Origin: the human T2T-CHM13v2.0 reference genome, Homo sapiens
Reading direction: 5' to 3' (one strand)
Length of the DNA: 64,000 nt
Assembly: GCF_009914755.1 (NCBI RefSeq)
Contig: NC_060926.1
Of the stretch, positions 26,310-39,205 are shown in pieces (the first letter of the stretch is position 1; every line of letters starts with the position of its first letter). The notes under the pieces are model-generated. The model did not search any database and was not told where the DNA came from. It saw nothing but the letters and a program-made list of their open reading frames with translations. Position numbers and translations under genes: made by a program.

Positions 26310-26530
26310 TGGTATGGCAGCAAGATTATGGAACCAGGAGAGAGCACCATGGCTGCCGTCTGGAATTCTGCCGTGTATCTGCAGGGTGCCCTTGCCTAAG
26401 CCCCTTGACCTCTTTGGTTATAGTTTCCTCATCTGTAAGTGGCGTTAATAATATCTCCCTCACCTACCTCACCATGTGGTTGTAAGAGTCAAAGAGGTAT
26501 TGTGTGTGAATGCATTTCATCTAATTTAAG
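26310..26530 (+). mobile_element. MIR
   Basis: agtttcctcatctgtaagtgg..taataatatc..cctacctca. Confidence 0.7.
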
Positions 26531-28207
26531 CACCTTATATTTTTAAATTTTTGTTATTTAATAGTAAGGTATGTATGAGGTATAATCATAATCATTTTCT
26601 GTACCCTATAGCACTCATTTTAATTCTTTATTATATGCTGCCCTGTGCTTACTCCAGTTATTTAATGCATCATCAGTTTTTTGGGTCGAAGAGTTTTCAT
26701 ATAGTTTAAAACTCCATGGTGGTTATCACAGTGTTGACCACACAATACGTACTTCGTATAGATCTGTTTAATAGAACTTTGATTTCTGATATCCTCCAAC
26801 ACCTACTATTTTTGGTGTGCTGGCAGTAGCAGCCATTTAATCATCAGATAAATACTTGAAGTTTTGGCAATCCTCCCACAGCAAGATTGAAATTCTAAGG
26901 ATTTAAAACAGACATGGAAGACCTTAAGAAGCAGCGTAAATAAGTTGCTTGGGTGAGATACTCTCTTGAAAATTAATTCAAGTGGAACTCAGTCCTAGGA
27001 CTGGTTAGAATGAGTCCAGCTGTCAGTCCCTTGAATCAGCACTGCCTCTCTAAAGCTCTGTGGATGCTCACAACCAACAAGGAGAAAGTCCCCTTCAGTA
27101 GGAATGAATCTCAGACTGTCAGGATATACTGTTATTTACTGAAGGGGCTGCTTCAGAAATAGCAAAATTGCCCTTCGATAGGGTCAAGGGATTATGTATT
27201 TTAATAGCCCACATTACTTTGCATTCCACTTTTTCCTAGTCAAATACTTTCCATGAGAAAATGTTCCTGTATTAAGTTATGTCCATTATAAAAGTGAGTG
27301 CTCTTAGTGCTTCAGTAAGTGGATGGCAAATACTTCTTCATGTAAGTGGAAATTATTTCATTTTGGATCACAGAGAAATATACCATTTTTTTTAGATAAC
27401 TAGAATATCTTTAGGAAAATAAGGTGAACATGTGATAAATTCTTATCAGGGAAACAGGCATTCTGGGTACCACTTAATACACTGAAGATTTAATTTGCAA
27501 AGGATAAGTTGGTGATCAGTAAAATTTAATTTTTTTCCCTTTCAAGCTTGATGTATCTACTGTACCTTATGCTTCTGGAAGAAGTAAACTTTGTTGGAAG
27601 GGTGAAATTTCTAAACCAGAAATGGAGATAGAAGAGCTATGGAGTTTGCTGGAAATCCTCTAAGTAGGAGATTGCCCAATTCCTAGTTTAGGGTGCGTAG
27701 ACTGAGCCTCAGCAAGATACCTGGTCATACTGCAAACCTAAGCACTTGTCTGTACCCATCCATTTATTCTGATGACATCTGCAGAAAATCCTAACCAGTG
27801 TGCTTGCTTTCTTTTTTGTTTTTTTAAGAAAATAATTTTTTTTTCCTGAGACATTTGTTCTATGTGGCCAATCTACAATGTGTATAGATTTGTTTTCTGC
27901 AGATGTGCTTATTTCTGGGAACATCTCTGCATGGTTTCAGCATAAATAATATGCTTCCTTACCTACTATAAGCTACAGAAATTACTGGCATTTTAGAATA
28001 CATGTAGTAGAGTTAGTAATGCTTCATAACTCATTGTCCCTATAGCAACGGCCACAGGTTTGCAGTTTGTACGTGGACTGCCTTCATCACTATATTCAAT
28101 TCACTTTAGGACATGGGCCATGTCTTACTTAAATTTTTATTTCTAGTTCCTCATATAGCACACAGTAAGTGCTCAAGAATGTTTATTCAATGAATAAAAG
28201 AGGAAAA

Positions 28208-28237
28208 TACATACATATACATATATGTGTATGTGTA

Positions 28238-28272
<35 letters not shown>
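28208..28272. repeat. (TA/TG)n low-complexity microsatellite
   Basis: Directly visible. Confidence 0.9.
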
Positions 28273-28302
28273 GCCTGTATTTTCAGTTTGAAAACTTTAT
28301 TT

Positions 28303-28590
<288 letters not shown>

Positions 28591-30029
28591 GTTTATTTGA
28601 TTAATGCTTCCTCCACTAAGAGAAATTCCACAGGTAAATTTGGATTGATGATGCCAAAACATGGCTTTTCTAATCCAGTGTGCAACATAATTACTTACAT
28701 GTAAGGAAGCCAAGGACATGGGATACATTCATCAATGTGTGGCCATGGAGCAGCTGTGAACTTTGCCAAGTTTTCTTACATCTGTCCTTCTGCAGGGCCC
28801 AGGGACCTCAGCCTCATAAAGAAACTCTTGAACCATCTCTCAGTTTTCTTTCATGAGCTACCATTGCCAAAATGTGTAGAAAGTTAAGTAGAAGCATAAG
28901 AAGGGAGAGCAATATTTTGATATACCACTACCTAGTAGGCCTCATTAAGGTGTTATATTCCTGAAGTTCTAGAATTTTCCCTGAAGAATTTTATAACCAA
29001 ATAAAGCTTGTTAGAATGTTGATTGTTGCTTGGCTGTTGTTTTCCTGATGGAAGTTTGTGATTTGACATCAGCTTGGTACTTTTCTTCTGCACTCCAACC
29101 TCTGTCTCTTTCTCTTGCTTTGTCATACAGACTTGTCACCTCTGACTGTTTTGAGTTAATGGTGAGAAACCAGATATGCATTGCTGTCAGGTGTGTATGG
29201 AGTGGTGGCCATGTGGCTTAGAACACTCCTAAGTCTCTGTCTTCTCAGTGTTCTCATTTAAATGTAGTACGCGATAGGCATGTTCCCTGTACAAGCATTT
29301 TTTTTCCTTATTAAATCCTTTGTCCCATAAAGTGCCTCTTAAAAGAAAATATGACTTTGCTTTCTCTTCTTTGTTCATTCCAAGATATTCAGCAAACATT
29401 TGAGCCTCTGCTCCATGTCAGGCTCATTTCTAGGGATGAAAGATTACTCCTGCCATCAGGGAGCTCAAATGTAGTAAGAGAGGGAGACCGGCATCTCCTC
29501 CTATACACATATTCTTCTTCCTGTTGAAGAATCTGGCACCATGCCCAACTGTTGCATGGGCTTCTGGGGCACTCAGGGATTAAAGGCAAGATTTTTTTCA
29601 GTGGACCAATTAAAGAAATTGAAGAATAATAAGGGTCTGAAGCCCAAAACTAGAACAATCTCACATTAAGCTGGTGAAATAGCAGCAGTGATTGCCATCT
29701 GCTGACACACCACCCACCGGTAAGAAGCAAGAGTTCTAGGCCAGTCAGGCCTCCTGTGAGCTGGGAACCTATCCCTGATTAGAGTAATTAGAGCGACTCC
29801 CTGAGCTGGCTTATAATTTGCTTAATCACACTTATTTCACTGAACTATGGTTTTGGCATAGGTGGTTTTAGTGGGGAAAAATGCAAGGTTTGGAGAAAAA
29901 GGAAAGTAAGCAATTAGGGAAAAGGAATTCCAATTGATTCTCCTCCCTAGTCAGTTTGGGGTTGGCAGAAAGGGAGGCAAATGACATGAATGACCACACG
30001 TAAGTAGAAGGAGGCTGATTTGGAAAATA

Positions 30030-31593
30030 CAGGCCTACCTTGTTTTATTGCATTTGGCTTTATTGCACTTCACAAAGATTGCATTTTCTGCAAATGGAAG
30101 GTTTATGGAAAGGTTTAAGCAAGTCAATCAGTGCTGTTTTTCCAACAGCGTGTGCTCACTTTGTGTCTCTTCATCACATTTTGGTACTTCTCACAATATT
30201 TCAAACTTCCTCATTATTATTATACCTGTTATGGTGATCTGTGATTAGTGATCTTTGATGTTACTATTGTAATTGTTTGGGGGCACCATGAAATATACCC
30301 ATATAAGGTGGTGAACTTGATCCATCAATGCTGTGGATGTTCTGACCGTACCAGTGATTGATCATTCCCTCATCTCTCTTCCCCTCCTTGGGCTTCCCTA
30401 TTCCTTGAGACATACACTATTGAAATTAGTTCAATTAATAACCCTATGGCCTCTAAGTGTTCAAGTGAAAGGAGGAGTCACATATCTCTCACTTTAAATC
30501 GAAAGCTAGAAATGATTAGTCTTACTGAGGAAGGCGTGTCAAAAGCGGAGACAGGCTGAAAGCTCGGCCTCTTGTGCCAAACAGCCAAGTTGAGAATACA
30601 AGGGAGAAGTTCTTGAAGGAAATTAAAAGTGCTACTCCAGTGAACTCATGAATGATAAGAAAACAAAACAGCCTTATTGCTAATACAGAAAAAGTGTGAG
30701 TGGTCTGGATAGAAGACCAAACTAACCACAGCATTCCCTTAAACCAAAGCCTAATCCAGAGCAAGGCCCTAGCTCTCTTCAATTCTGTAAAGGCTGAGAG
30801 AGGTGAGGAAGCTGCAGAAGAAGACTTTGAAACTAGCAGAGGTGGGTTCATGAGGATGAAGGAAAGAAGCCATGCCCATAACATAAAAGTGCAAGGTGAA
30901 GCAGGAGGTGCTGATGGAGAAGCTGCAGCAAGTGATCCAGAAGATCTAGCTAAGATCATTGATGAAGGTAGTTACACTAAACAACAGTTTTTTGTTTGTT
31001 TGTTTGTTTGTTTAGAAAAAAGTCTCACTCTGTCACTCAGGCTGGAGTGCAGTGGTGTGATCATGGCTCACAGCAGCCTCAACTTTCTGGACTCAAGTAA
31101 GCCTCTTGCCTCAGCCTCCTGAGTAGCTAGGATTTAGAATATTTCAGAAACTTAGTTGGTAAAACAGTGACAGGGTTTGAGAGGATTGGCTCCAATTTTG
31201 AAAAATGTTCTATGGGTAAAATGCTATTAACCAGTATCACATGCTACAGAGAAATCTTTGATGAAGGGAAGACTCAATTGATGTAGCAAACTTTATTGTT
31301 GACTTAAGAAATTTCCACAGCCACCCCAACCTTTAGCAACCACCACCCTGATGAGTCAGCAGCCATTAACATTAAGGCAGGACCCTCCACCAGCAAAAAG
31401 ATTATGACTTGCTTAAGGCTCAGATGATAGGTAGCATTTTAAAATATTTTAAAATTAAGGTAGGTACAACTTAATAGACTCCAGTATAGTGTAAACATAA
31501 CTTTTGTCTGCACCAGGAAACTAAAACATTTGTGTGACTTGCTGTATTGCAGTAGTCTGGAATCAAACCCACAATATCTCTGAGGTATGCCTG
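30030..31593 (+). mobile_element. Tigger1 DNA transposon, internally deleted, interrupted by an Alu fragment; transposase remnant
   Basis: TA-flanked TIRs caggcctacct / aggtatgcctg. ORF 30700..31122 ([22 protein letters not shown]...[10 protein letters not shown]) resembles the CENP-B-type HTH region. Confidence 0.92.
30988..31134 (-). mobile_element. AluJ-like right-arm fragment inside Tigger1
   Basis: (TTTG)n tail, then gtctcactctgtcactcaggctggagtgcagtgg...cctcagcctcctgagtagctaggatt. Confidence 0.9.
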
Positions 31594-32027
31594 TAGGTCC
31601 TTTGAGTCTTGTTTTTTGAGAGTTACTGAGATCACAAAAGGAAGCAGCTGGTAATTTCCGGAAACATGTTTGTATAAGCCCAGAATTTGAATAATGCACT
31701 AAATGAAGTGTATTGCATATATTTAATTATTTATGCCCAAATGGCTATCATTTCTGAGCCTGCTCTGCCATGGTCCCATGACTTGATACAATTGTTATAA
31801 GATTATTATTTTCTAGATGTGAAAGGCATTGTACAGAAGAAGATGAGAATCACAGTAAACCAAACAAAGGAAATGCAGAAGAGATATTTTCAGCTGAATA
31901 TTGGAAAGTAAGATTCCCTGCGAGCAGGATCTCAGGCAACGTCAATGAACAACATGAAGCCTGACACATTGTAGGTGCCCCGTAAATATTGGTTGAGTAA
32001 CTGAATAAACGTATTTAGTAACTTAAG

Positions 32028-32252
32028 CAGGCTTGTCCAATCTTTTGGATTCTGTGGGCCACATTAGAAGAAGAGCTATCTTGGACCACACATAAAATAC
32101 GCTAACACTAATGATAGCTGATAAGCTGAAAAAAAGAAGTGCAAAAGAAAATCTCAAAATGTTTTAAGAAAGTTTACAAAATTTGTGTTTGGCCGCATTC
32201 AAAGCCTTCCTGGGCTGCATGCAGCCTGTGGGCCATGGGTTGGACGAGCTTG
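32028..32252 (+). mobile_element. MER30 (hAT-Charlie MITE)
   Basis: tgtccaatcttttgg..gggccacatt..cacacataaaatac.ctaacactaatgatagctgat...ggttggacgagcttg. Confidence 0.88.
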
Positions 32253-33164
32253 CCTTAGAGGGTATAAATTGGATTATTTTATGAAATTAATTAAAATGTG
32301 GCTTTTAGGTAAGGAAAATGTAAGGAAAGAAATGAATGGGTGAAGATTTTGAATGTGGCAAAGCATATTTTTCAAAGTTTTAGCTGGGAAAACATTAGTT
32401 ATTCTCATTTCCCATCAGGGACACAGTTTGGTTCCATTTTCTTCCCTAAGATTCAATGACTAGGGAAGCATTTTTGTAAAATTGTCTTTTCCTGGGTACA
32501 GCATTCCTAGTTTCTTTTGCTCACCTGTTTGGATGTTGTGAAGAGACAGTATAGGAGAGAGACAAGTGCACATTTAAACTACTGATTATAAACATTATTT
32601 TCTCTCATTTACTTCTAGATCATGAATTTAATATCCCCCCTGTGATGCAAAGTAGAGACTCAGAGGTGTCAGATTCTGGAGGCTAATTGGAGGCCTTGTT
32701 TTTTCACTTATAAATAGGCCCTACCTTGGATCTCTTCTAAACTCTCTTGTCAAGCCATGGGCTGGTTGGTTCTGACTTTATCTGAATGTGATGTCTTCCT
32801 CTGCTCCCATGTTCTAAGCCCTTGCACCGAGGGTGGGGAAAAGGATTGACATTCTCCACCTAACCCCAGCCCAGAGTCATTACTCATTCAAGATGTGATG
32901 AATAAATATTGCCTTTGAGGAAGACATACAAATTTGCCAAAGAAAGGAATGCAGTTCTGGGACCTCCTAGCTACAGGATTATGTAAATCACTCAACACCC
33001 AGTAAAGTTGAGATTGTGAAAGTCAATAATTTTCCATTTGTATTACAGCTAATTAGTCTAAGGAAAATGGTGACAGAGGATATATTCCGTAACGTCTCAG
33101 GAGGTCGCCTGGCTCCAGAGAGGTAGTTTTAAACATACTTACCTCTAAGATGTTTCATGTGGGT

Positions 33165-33330
33165 AGCTAGTATTTATGGAGTTCTTCCTGTCTTCCAGGC
33201 ATTAGTCTAAGTGCCTTAAGACAAATGAACTCACTCACTCGAGGTCATTGTTTTCTATTATTTTGTCATTTTCACAATGAGGAAACTGAGGCACTGAGAG
33301 ATTCAATAACTTGCCCAATGTTATACTCTT
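33165..33330 (-). mobile_element. MIR
   Basis: atgaggaaactgaggcactgagagattcaataacttgccca. Confidence 0.8.
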
Positions 33331-34349
33331 AACTTTTAAGACCTGATTCTACATGTAAGGAAACTGAAATGCTGAGAAATAGCCCAGGTGTGCCAAAATA
33401 TTTAGCTTTTTCACTAAGCTAAATAACAAGAATTTCCCCCTTACTATATATGTACAAGGGACCATTGCTTCCTTTCCTATTGGAGTGGATGGTAGCCCCC
33501 TCTTCCTATGAAGACTTCATGCCAGGGGCTAAAGAGTGAGAATTCTCAGGCCTCCTCCTCTTGCCTACTCAGCAGCCTGAAATCTGGGGTCCCAGAACCT
33601 CAAATGTAGTCGTGGGAGATATGGAGCTATTTTTAATATTTCAAAAAGCATAAAATAAATTGTCTATTCAAGGGCAATAAAACAATATGGGCTAATGAGG
33701 GTATAAAAACAATTTTTTTGATTTGTCCAAAATTATATATATATATACATACACACATATGTATATATGTATATATCATGTTAAATAGTAATTTAGTTAT
33801 CTCATGTGGATCACTTTTTACGGCAATTATGTGTTTTTAATCTTAAAAATGGATAATGAATTATCTTCTACATAGAGTTTAGATAAATCCTTCTAAACAT
33901 GGAATCTGAAGTTAGGAGTAGGGGCAAGATAGAAATAGAGCTGGGGGACAAAAAAGTTGGTGCCTGTTGGTCTGTAGAGTAAGGGAGAAGTGCTGCTAAT
34001 AGCCAGCACATCACAACACTATATACATAAATGGAAATAAACCTGTTGGGGAAGCAAGGCAATGCTTCCTGGCTGTTGATCTTCCTTACCTTCATTCTTA
34101 ATCAGCTTTTATTTAGACAACTGTGAATGTGCTCTTAGCAGGATCTCAGGGGACTTTACCAGTGCAGTTTGCAAAATGTAATTAGGATGGTGAATTGTCA
34201 GGTACCCCTATGCCCACCTCCAAATGATGCATTTCAAAGCCAAACAAAAATGCTATTTTGTACCATCAGCTGTTTGAATTTTTCAAGTCATTGGTCCATT
34301 AGAGAGAACTATTGAGCTTTAACCATAAACTATAGAGCCAATTGAATTG

Positions 34350-35990
34350 TTTTGTTTTAATTTAATTTTTGAATGAGTCATGCATTCACATGGATTATAA
34401 ATCAAAACAGTGAAATGAGTTATACTCCGAGAAGTCCCTTTCTCACTTCTGTTCCCTTGTACTATAATTTTTTTATCCCTGGCTCTCTACCTGTAGGCCA
34501 TTGCTTTTATTAGTTTCCTAGGTATTCTTACTGAGTATATTTATCCATATATGAGTAAACACATATAGTGTTTTTCATACTGTTCCCTCTCTAACACAAT
34601 AGGTAACATATGAGGTAACATTGGTAACACAATAGGTAATGTGTGTGTGTGTGCACGCACGTGCGTGTGTGTGTCTCTGTGTGTGTGCATGTATCTATAT
34701 TCCTTTTAATGGACACTTGGGTTGTTTTCAGACATTTACTATTACACACAGTGCTACAATGATATCATGCCAATGTATCATTGTACATGTATGCAAGTCT
34801 ACCTGTAGAATAAAACTAGAGTAGGATTTTTGGGGTCAAGGGTAAGTACATCTAAAATTTTAATAATGTTGTCAAATTGCTCCATAGGGTTTGTATTCCC
34901 CCAAGCAATATATGAAAATTTCCTGTGGTCTTCTCAAAAGGAGAGTGTTAAGAAAACATGTTCATGTATCAGCTTGGCCAAAATTTAGAAGTTATAAAGT
35001 ACAATTTTCATTTTCATTTCTCCTATTCAAAAGATGCTCAGCTGTTCTCATGACATTTAAGGGCCATTTGGTGGATTTTTCTATGAAATGTGTATTAATT
35101 TTCTTTGCCAATTTTTCTATTGGATTTCTGATAATTTTCTTATGATTTCTAGTAGCTATTTCCATATTAGTGAGATTATCTATTGTTTTAAATGTGATAG
35201 GAGTTGAAAATATTTTCTTCAAGTTATATGTTTCTTAACTTTGCTTATGAGTTTTTTGTTATACATACAGAAGTTGTCTAATATAGTTGAATTTATCAAA
35301 CTTTAATTTTATACTTTCTGTGTTTTGAATCATGGTTAGAAAGACCTTTCCCTACTCCAAGAAAGTCACTCATATTTTCTTCTGGCACTAAAAAAAATAC
35401 ATTTTATCATGAACAATTTTAAGCTTATACAAATAGAGAAAATAGTACAATAGACCCCAGCTACCCATCATTCAGCCTCAACAATTAAGAATATTTTGCC
35501 AATCTTATTTTATCTATTTTCTCACTCATTTTGAGAATGCTTAGAGCAAACTCCAGATATATTATTTTCTTCATAAGTGCATCTCTATATGTAGCAATAA
35601 CATGTAAGGATGGACTTTTTAGAATATATCCTCTAAACAATTAAGATAACAACAATTCTTTAAAACTTAATTAAATAATGTAAAATTATTTAATAAAATT
35701 ATTCTTGTTCAAATATTCTTTTTGGAAATGTTTATGGCTTTGTTTTTGTGTGTATAGTATGAGGTATGTATCCAACCATATTTTTTTCCTGGCCACTCAC
35801 TTGTCCCAACTCAACTTCTTTAAGTATATCCCTGCTTCACTAGATTATGTTTGTGATATAACAAATTCTTATATGTATTTGAGTCTATGTCTGGACCGTC
35901 TATTCTGTTTCATTTGTCTGTCTGCTCATATGCTAGTCCTGTCTATACTGTTTTAATTATTGGCACATTACAGAGTTTCACTATTAGGAC
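34350..35990 (-). mobile_element. Old L1M (L1MD/ME-like) fragments
   Basis: atggacacttgggttgttttca; ttctttgccaatttttctattgg; AT-rich decayed L1 3' sequence. The minus ORF 34992..35222 has L1-like NPIEKLAKKINTHF. Confidence 0.7.
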
Positions 35991-38754
35991 TAGTCATTCT
36001 CCAAATGAAATAGTAAATTACCTACTCCAACTCATACTATATAAAAATTGAAAAAATTATAATTTACAATGCAGCCTTTTCAGGTCAGGGAGAGGCCTGG
36101 TGATTTAGAAACTGGCAATAGAGAAATGGGAGTCAAATATGTGACAGTGAATGTGATCCCTAACGAAAGTACTAGTAATAGCATCCTGCTATTATATAGT
36201 TATATATTAGTTATATCCTAATATACCATGAGAAAGTAAATAGTAATAACATAAAAGCCTGAAGCTTGGGGCAGGCAGGAGGAGGAAGAGGAGCCAGCAA
36301 AGGAAAAAGGACACTGTTTTGGTGGTTGAATTGGAAATCACCAATGCTGGTTCTTCTTCAGCAAAGTGAGAAAGGTCTAGGGTAGAGATGGCTGAAATAT
36401 TTGCTTTATGCCATTCTCTGGGGAGCTTGCAGAGAAGCAAGGCCTAGGTAAAGCGTGTTAAGGAGGGCTATGCTATCCTGCTCCAGACAGATCACAGGTC
36501 TGGACAGGCAGCAACCCTGAACCTCAAGCCTGCCGGTGGGCTGGCTTGTGCCTCTGAAGACGTTAGAGTTAACCTCACTGTATGCTTCCCAGGAAGACAG
36601 ATGAAGATGTATTTTTCTCAGCCTTCTTTCCAGGAAACAGTATTAAATTTACCTAACGACATATTTTTGTCGGGAAGAAACTAAGAGAAGTGGCTTCCTT
36701 TTTGTTTTTCTTGGATACTTTGATATTGGCAAAGAAGCGGCTTCTAATACCAACTTATTGTAGGAAAGACATCTCAAGTGTTTGGCAGGGGCAAGTCTTT
36801 TTTTTTTTTTTTTTTAATTCTCATATCTCCTAGACTCTGTCTATGTTTTCACCAAAGCCCAGAGAATGATCAGATGGTCAAAGCATGGTGAAAGGTGGAG
36901 GAATGGCCTGGGATTGGTATATCATGACTTCATTCCCCTGCAGACACCCTTAATTACCCTTGGCACAGCTTGTAACCTCCTCATCCCCAATTTCCTCCTT
37001 ATACCCTGGAGATGATCACACCACCCTTACCTCACAGGGATGTGGAGAGGATTAATTAGTTTCGGATGGGAAAGTTCTTTGAAGATGAATCATGGAGTAT
37101 AGTGAATGTGCTAATTTGAGCCCTCTTAGCCCTCAAGTTGGAATAACTGCCCACTGCCCAAATGCAGACACTAAAGGGTAAATGCAAATTGATCTGCCTC
37201 AGAGCCAGGGGAGTGGGCTTTGCAAACTGAAGAGAATGGTGAAGTCAACCTCAATCAAGCATTTATTCAATGATTACGTTGGGCAGTCTCTGGGGGGCTT
37301 TTGGGGAGTGTTAAGTGGGGGAGTGATGAGCCCTGAAGTACATGTGCTGTGCTCGCTTCTGGAGTGATTATTACCCACAGCAGAAGACAGTTGCCAGACT
37401 TGTGAGTCTGTGGATTAGAAGTCATCTTTGCCATCAGTGGATGTGAGCTGGGCATCGGGTACAGTGGGCTCCACATCCCATACACTGTGAACAATTAGGG
37501 TCATCGGTGCTTCCCCAGGCCTCTCACCTTCCAGATGGTCGCCTCACCAAGTACTTTGGCCAGTCTCTTAGGCACTTGTAGTGAGAAGAATCTCTGCATT
37601 CATTAATAATAAAAAAGGAATAAAAAACAGAAGAATCCTTTTTCTTGGCCTCTTTCACTTCTGTTGTTACATGCCACTACTTTTAAAGGTACATCCAAGG
37701 TGTGGTTTTTTCAAAACACAAGCTAAAAGGGGCTATTTTAGGCATTATCAAAGAACACTTTCTCTAGGAGTCTTATGGTCTGGAAATCAGTACAGAATAT
37801 GAATGAGATCTCAATGTGCGTTTCCAGCTGAACTTCTTTTTTAAACACTTTTTTTCTCTTTGAGGTGACCTTGAGTGAGGGTAGCAGGGAGTAGAAGAGG
37901 GGGAAGAGGAAATAAAATTGATTAAGAAAGGTGGGTATGAGTAAATTTGGAAGGTGCAGGAAAGGGCTTCCCTGGACACAAGAGGCTCCTGAGAACATTA
38001 TTCCAGTGAGAAGGTCTGGGACTGTGGAAGATGAGAGGCCACCAGAATAATAAGCAGACAGCAGTTCAGGAGTAGCTTCTTAATTTAAGTGAGAAGCCTT
38101 TTGTCAAGTAGGAATCTAGTGTTGTTTCTTGAAATACTAGATCTTAGAAAGGAAACTGTAGGGCCAAGCATCATCACACAAATAGAGGAATCCAGGTTTC
38201 AGTGAATTTATTATATTCAAATAAACTTACATTTCCATGTAGATATTGATAGGTATAATATTGCAATAAAAGAGTACAGCCCAGAATATAGTATAGCCTC
38301 AGTGGGCTTCAGCGCTATGTCCATACCAACATGTGTCCATCTTTCTGAGCCCTTTTATTGAAGTTCAAGGATCTTGCCCATCTCTCTCTGCTTATTTAAT
38401 GATGTGCTTTAGTGATGGTAGAAGCAGAAAAAGCTAAATTTTGGGGAGGGTGGTGACATTTGTATGAAATTATAAAATATTCTTCAGCTAGCTCTATCTT
38501 CTGGTATACTGCTCATTAATATTCTCATTTTCTTACTAATGTCTTTCTTCTTACCCTGATTGGTTTGTAGCATAAATCTAGTTGTTGGTTTCCTATAACT
38601 TAATGGATCATAACAATTGCCCTTACACTTCATAGTAAAGAGGCTACTCTTTATTCGTTGCAACATTGCCTGTAATACCTCTGCTAAAACAAGCCATAAT
38701 GCTTTGGTCCAGAGTGGCTCTTTTCCTGGTGTTTCTAGCCTAGATTCAAGACTC

Positions 38755-39205
38755 AGTTGGGGTCATGGCAGAAACCACCTGGTATAAACAACCTGGCATT
38801 ATTTAAGAGAGTTAATAAAGGGACTGTTTACAATGATGTGGGCCAGATTTAGAGGTAGTAGCAGATTCCAGTGCTAGCAGCAGAGAAAATCATTTCTGCT
38901 GTATTGTATTATAGGCCTAGAAGACAAGATGAGAAAACAGTTACCAGAATCTAGGAGATGGTAGCTGCAGAGTTGGCCACCTGCTAGGAGCTGTGGGACA
39001 TGATGATAACCTGATGGGGAGGGAGTCAGGGGAATAAATACCCAGTCTCACTGTCTTTCCATCTGCCAGTCTACCAGCACCTGCTATTGGCCAAACCAAA
39101 CCAGCAGCCAGTGGAAAGGGAACTATGTGAGCATTCTTTAGCTCAGCTTCCCAGAGCACAGTGTAGGGTGGAGAGGGATAGAGGGTGTTTCTGGAGAAGC
39201 AAAGA
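38755..39205. mobile_element. Ancient LTR-like element (ERVL/MaLR class), subfamily unresolved
   Basis: ttaataaagggactgtttaca..., attggccaaaccaaaccagcagccagtggaaaggga resemble old LTR consensus sequences as I recall them. Confidence 0.45.

Noticed and set aside
30522-31122. Transposase-like ORF as a domesticated TIGD-type gene
   Set aside because: No ATG start, upstream stops, catalytic region deleted, and it ends in Alu sequence. The antisense ORF is a shadow.
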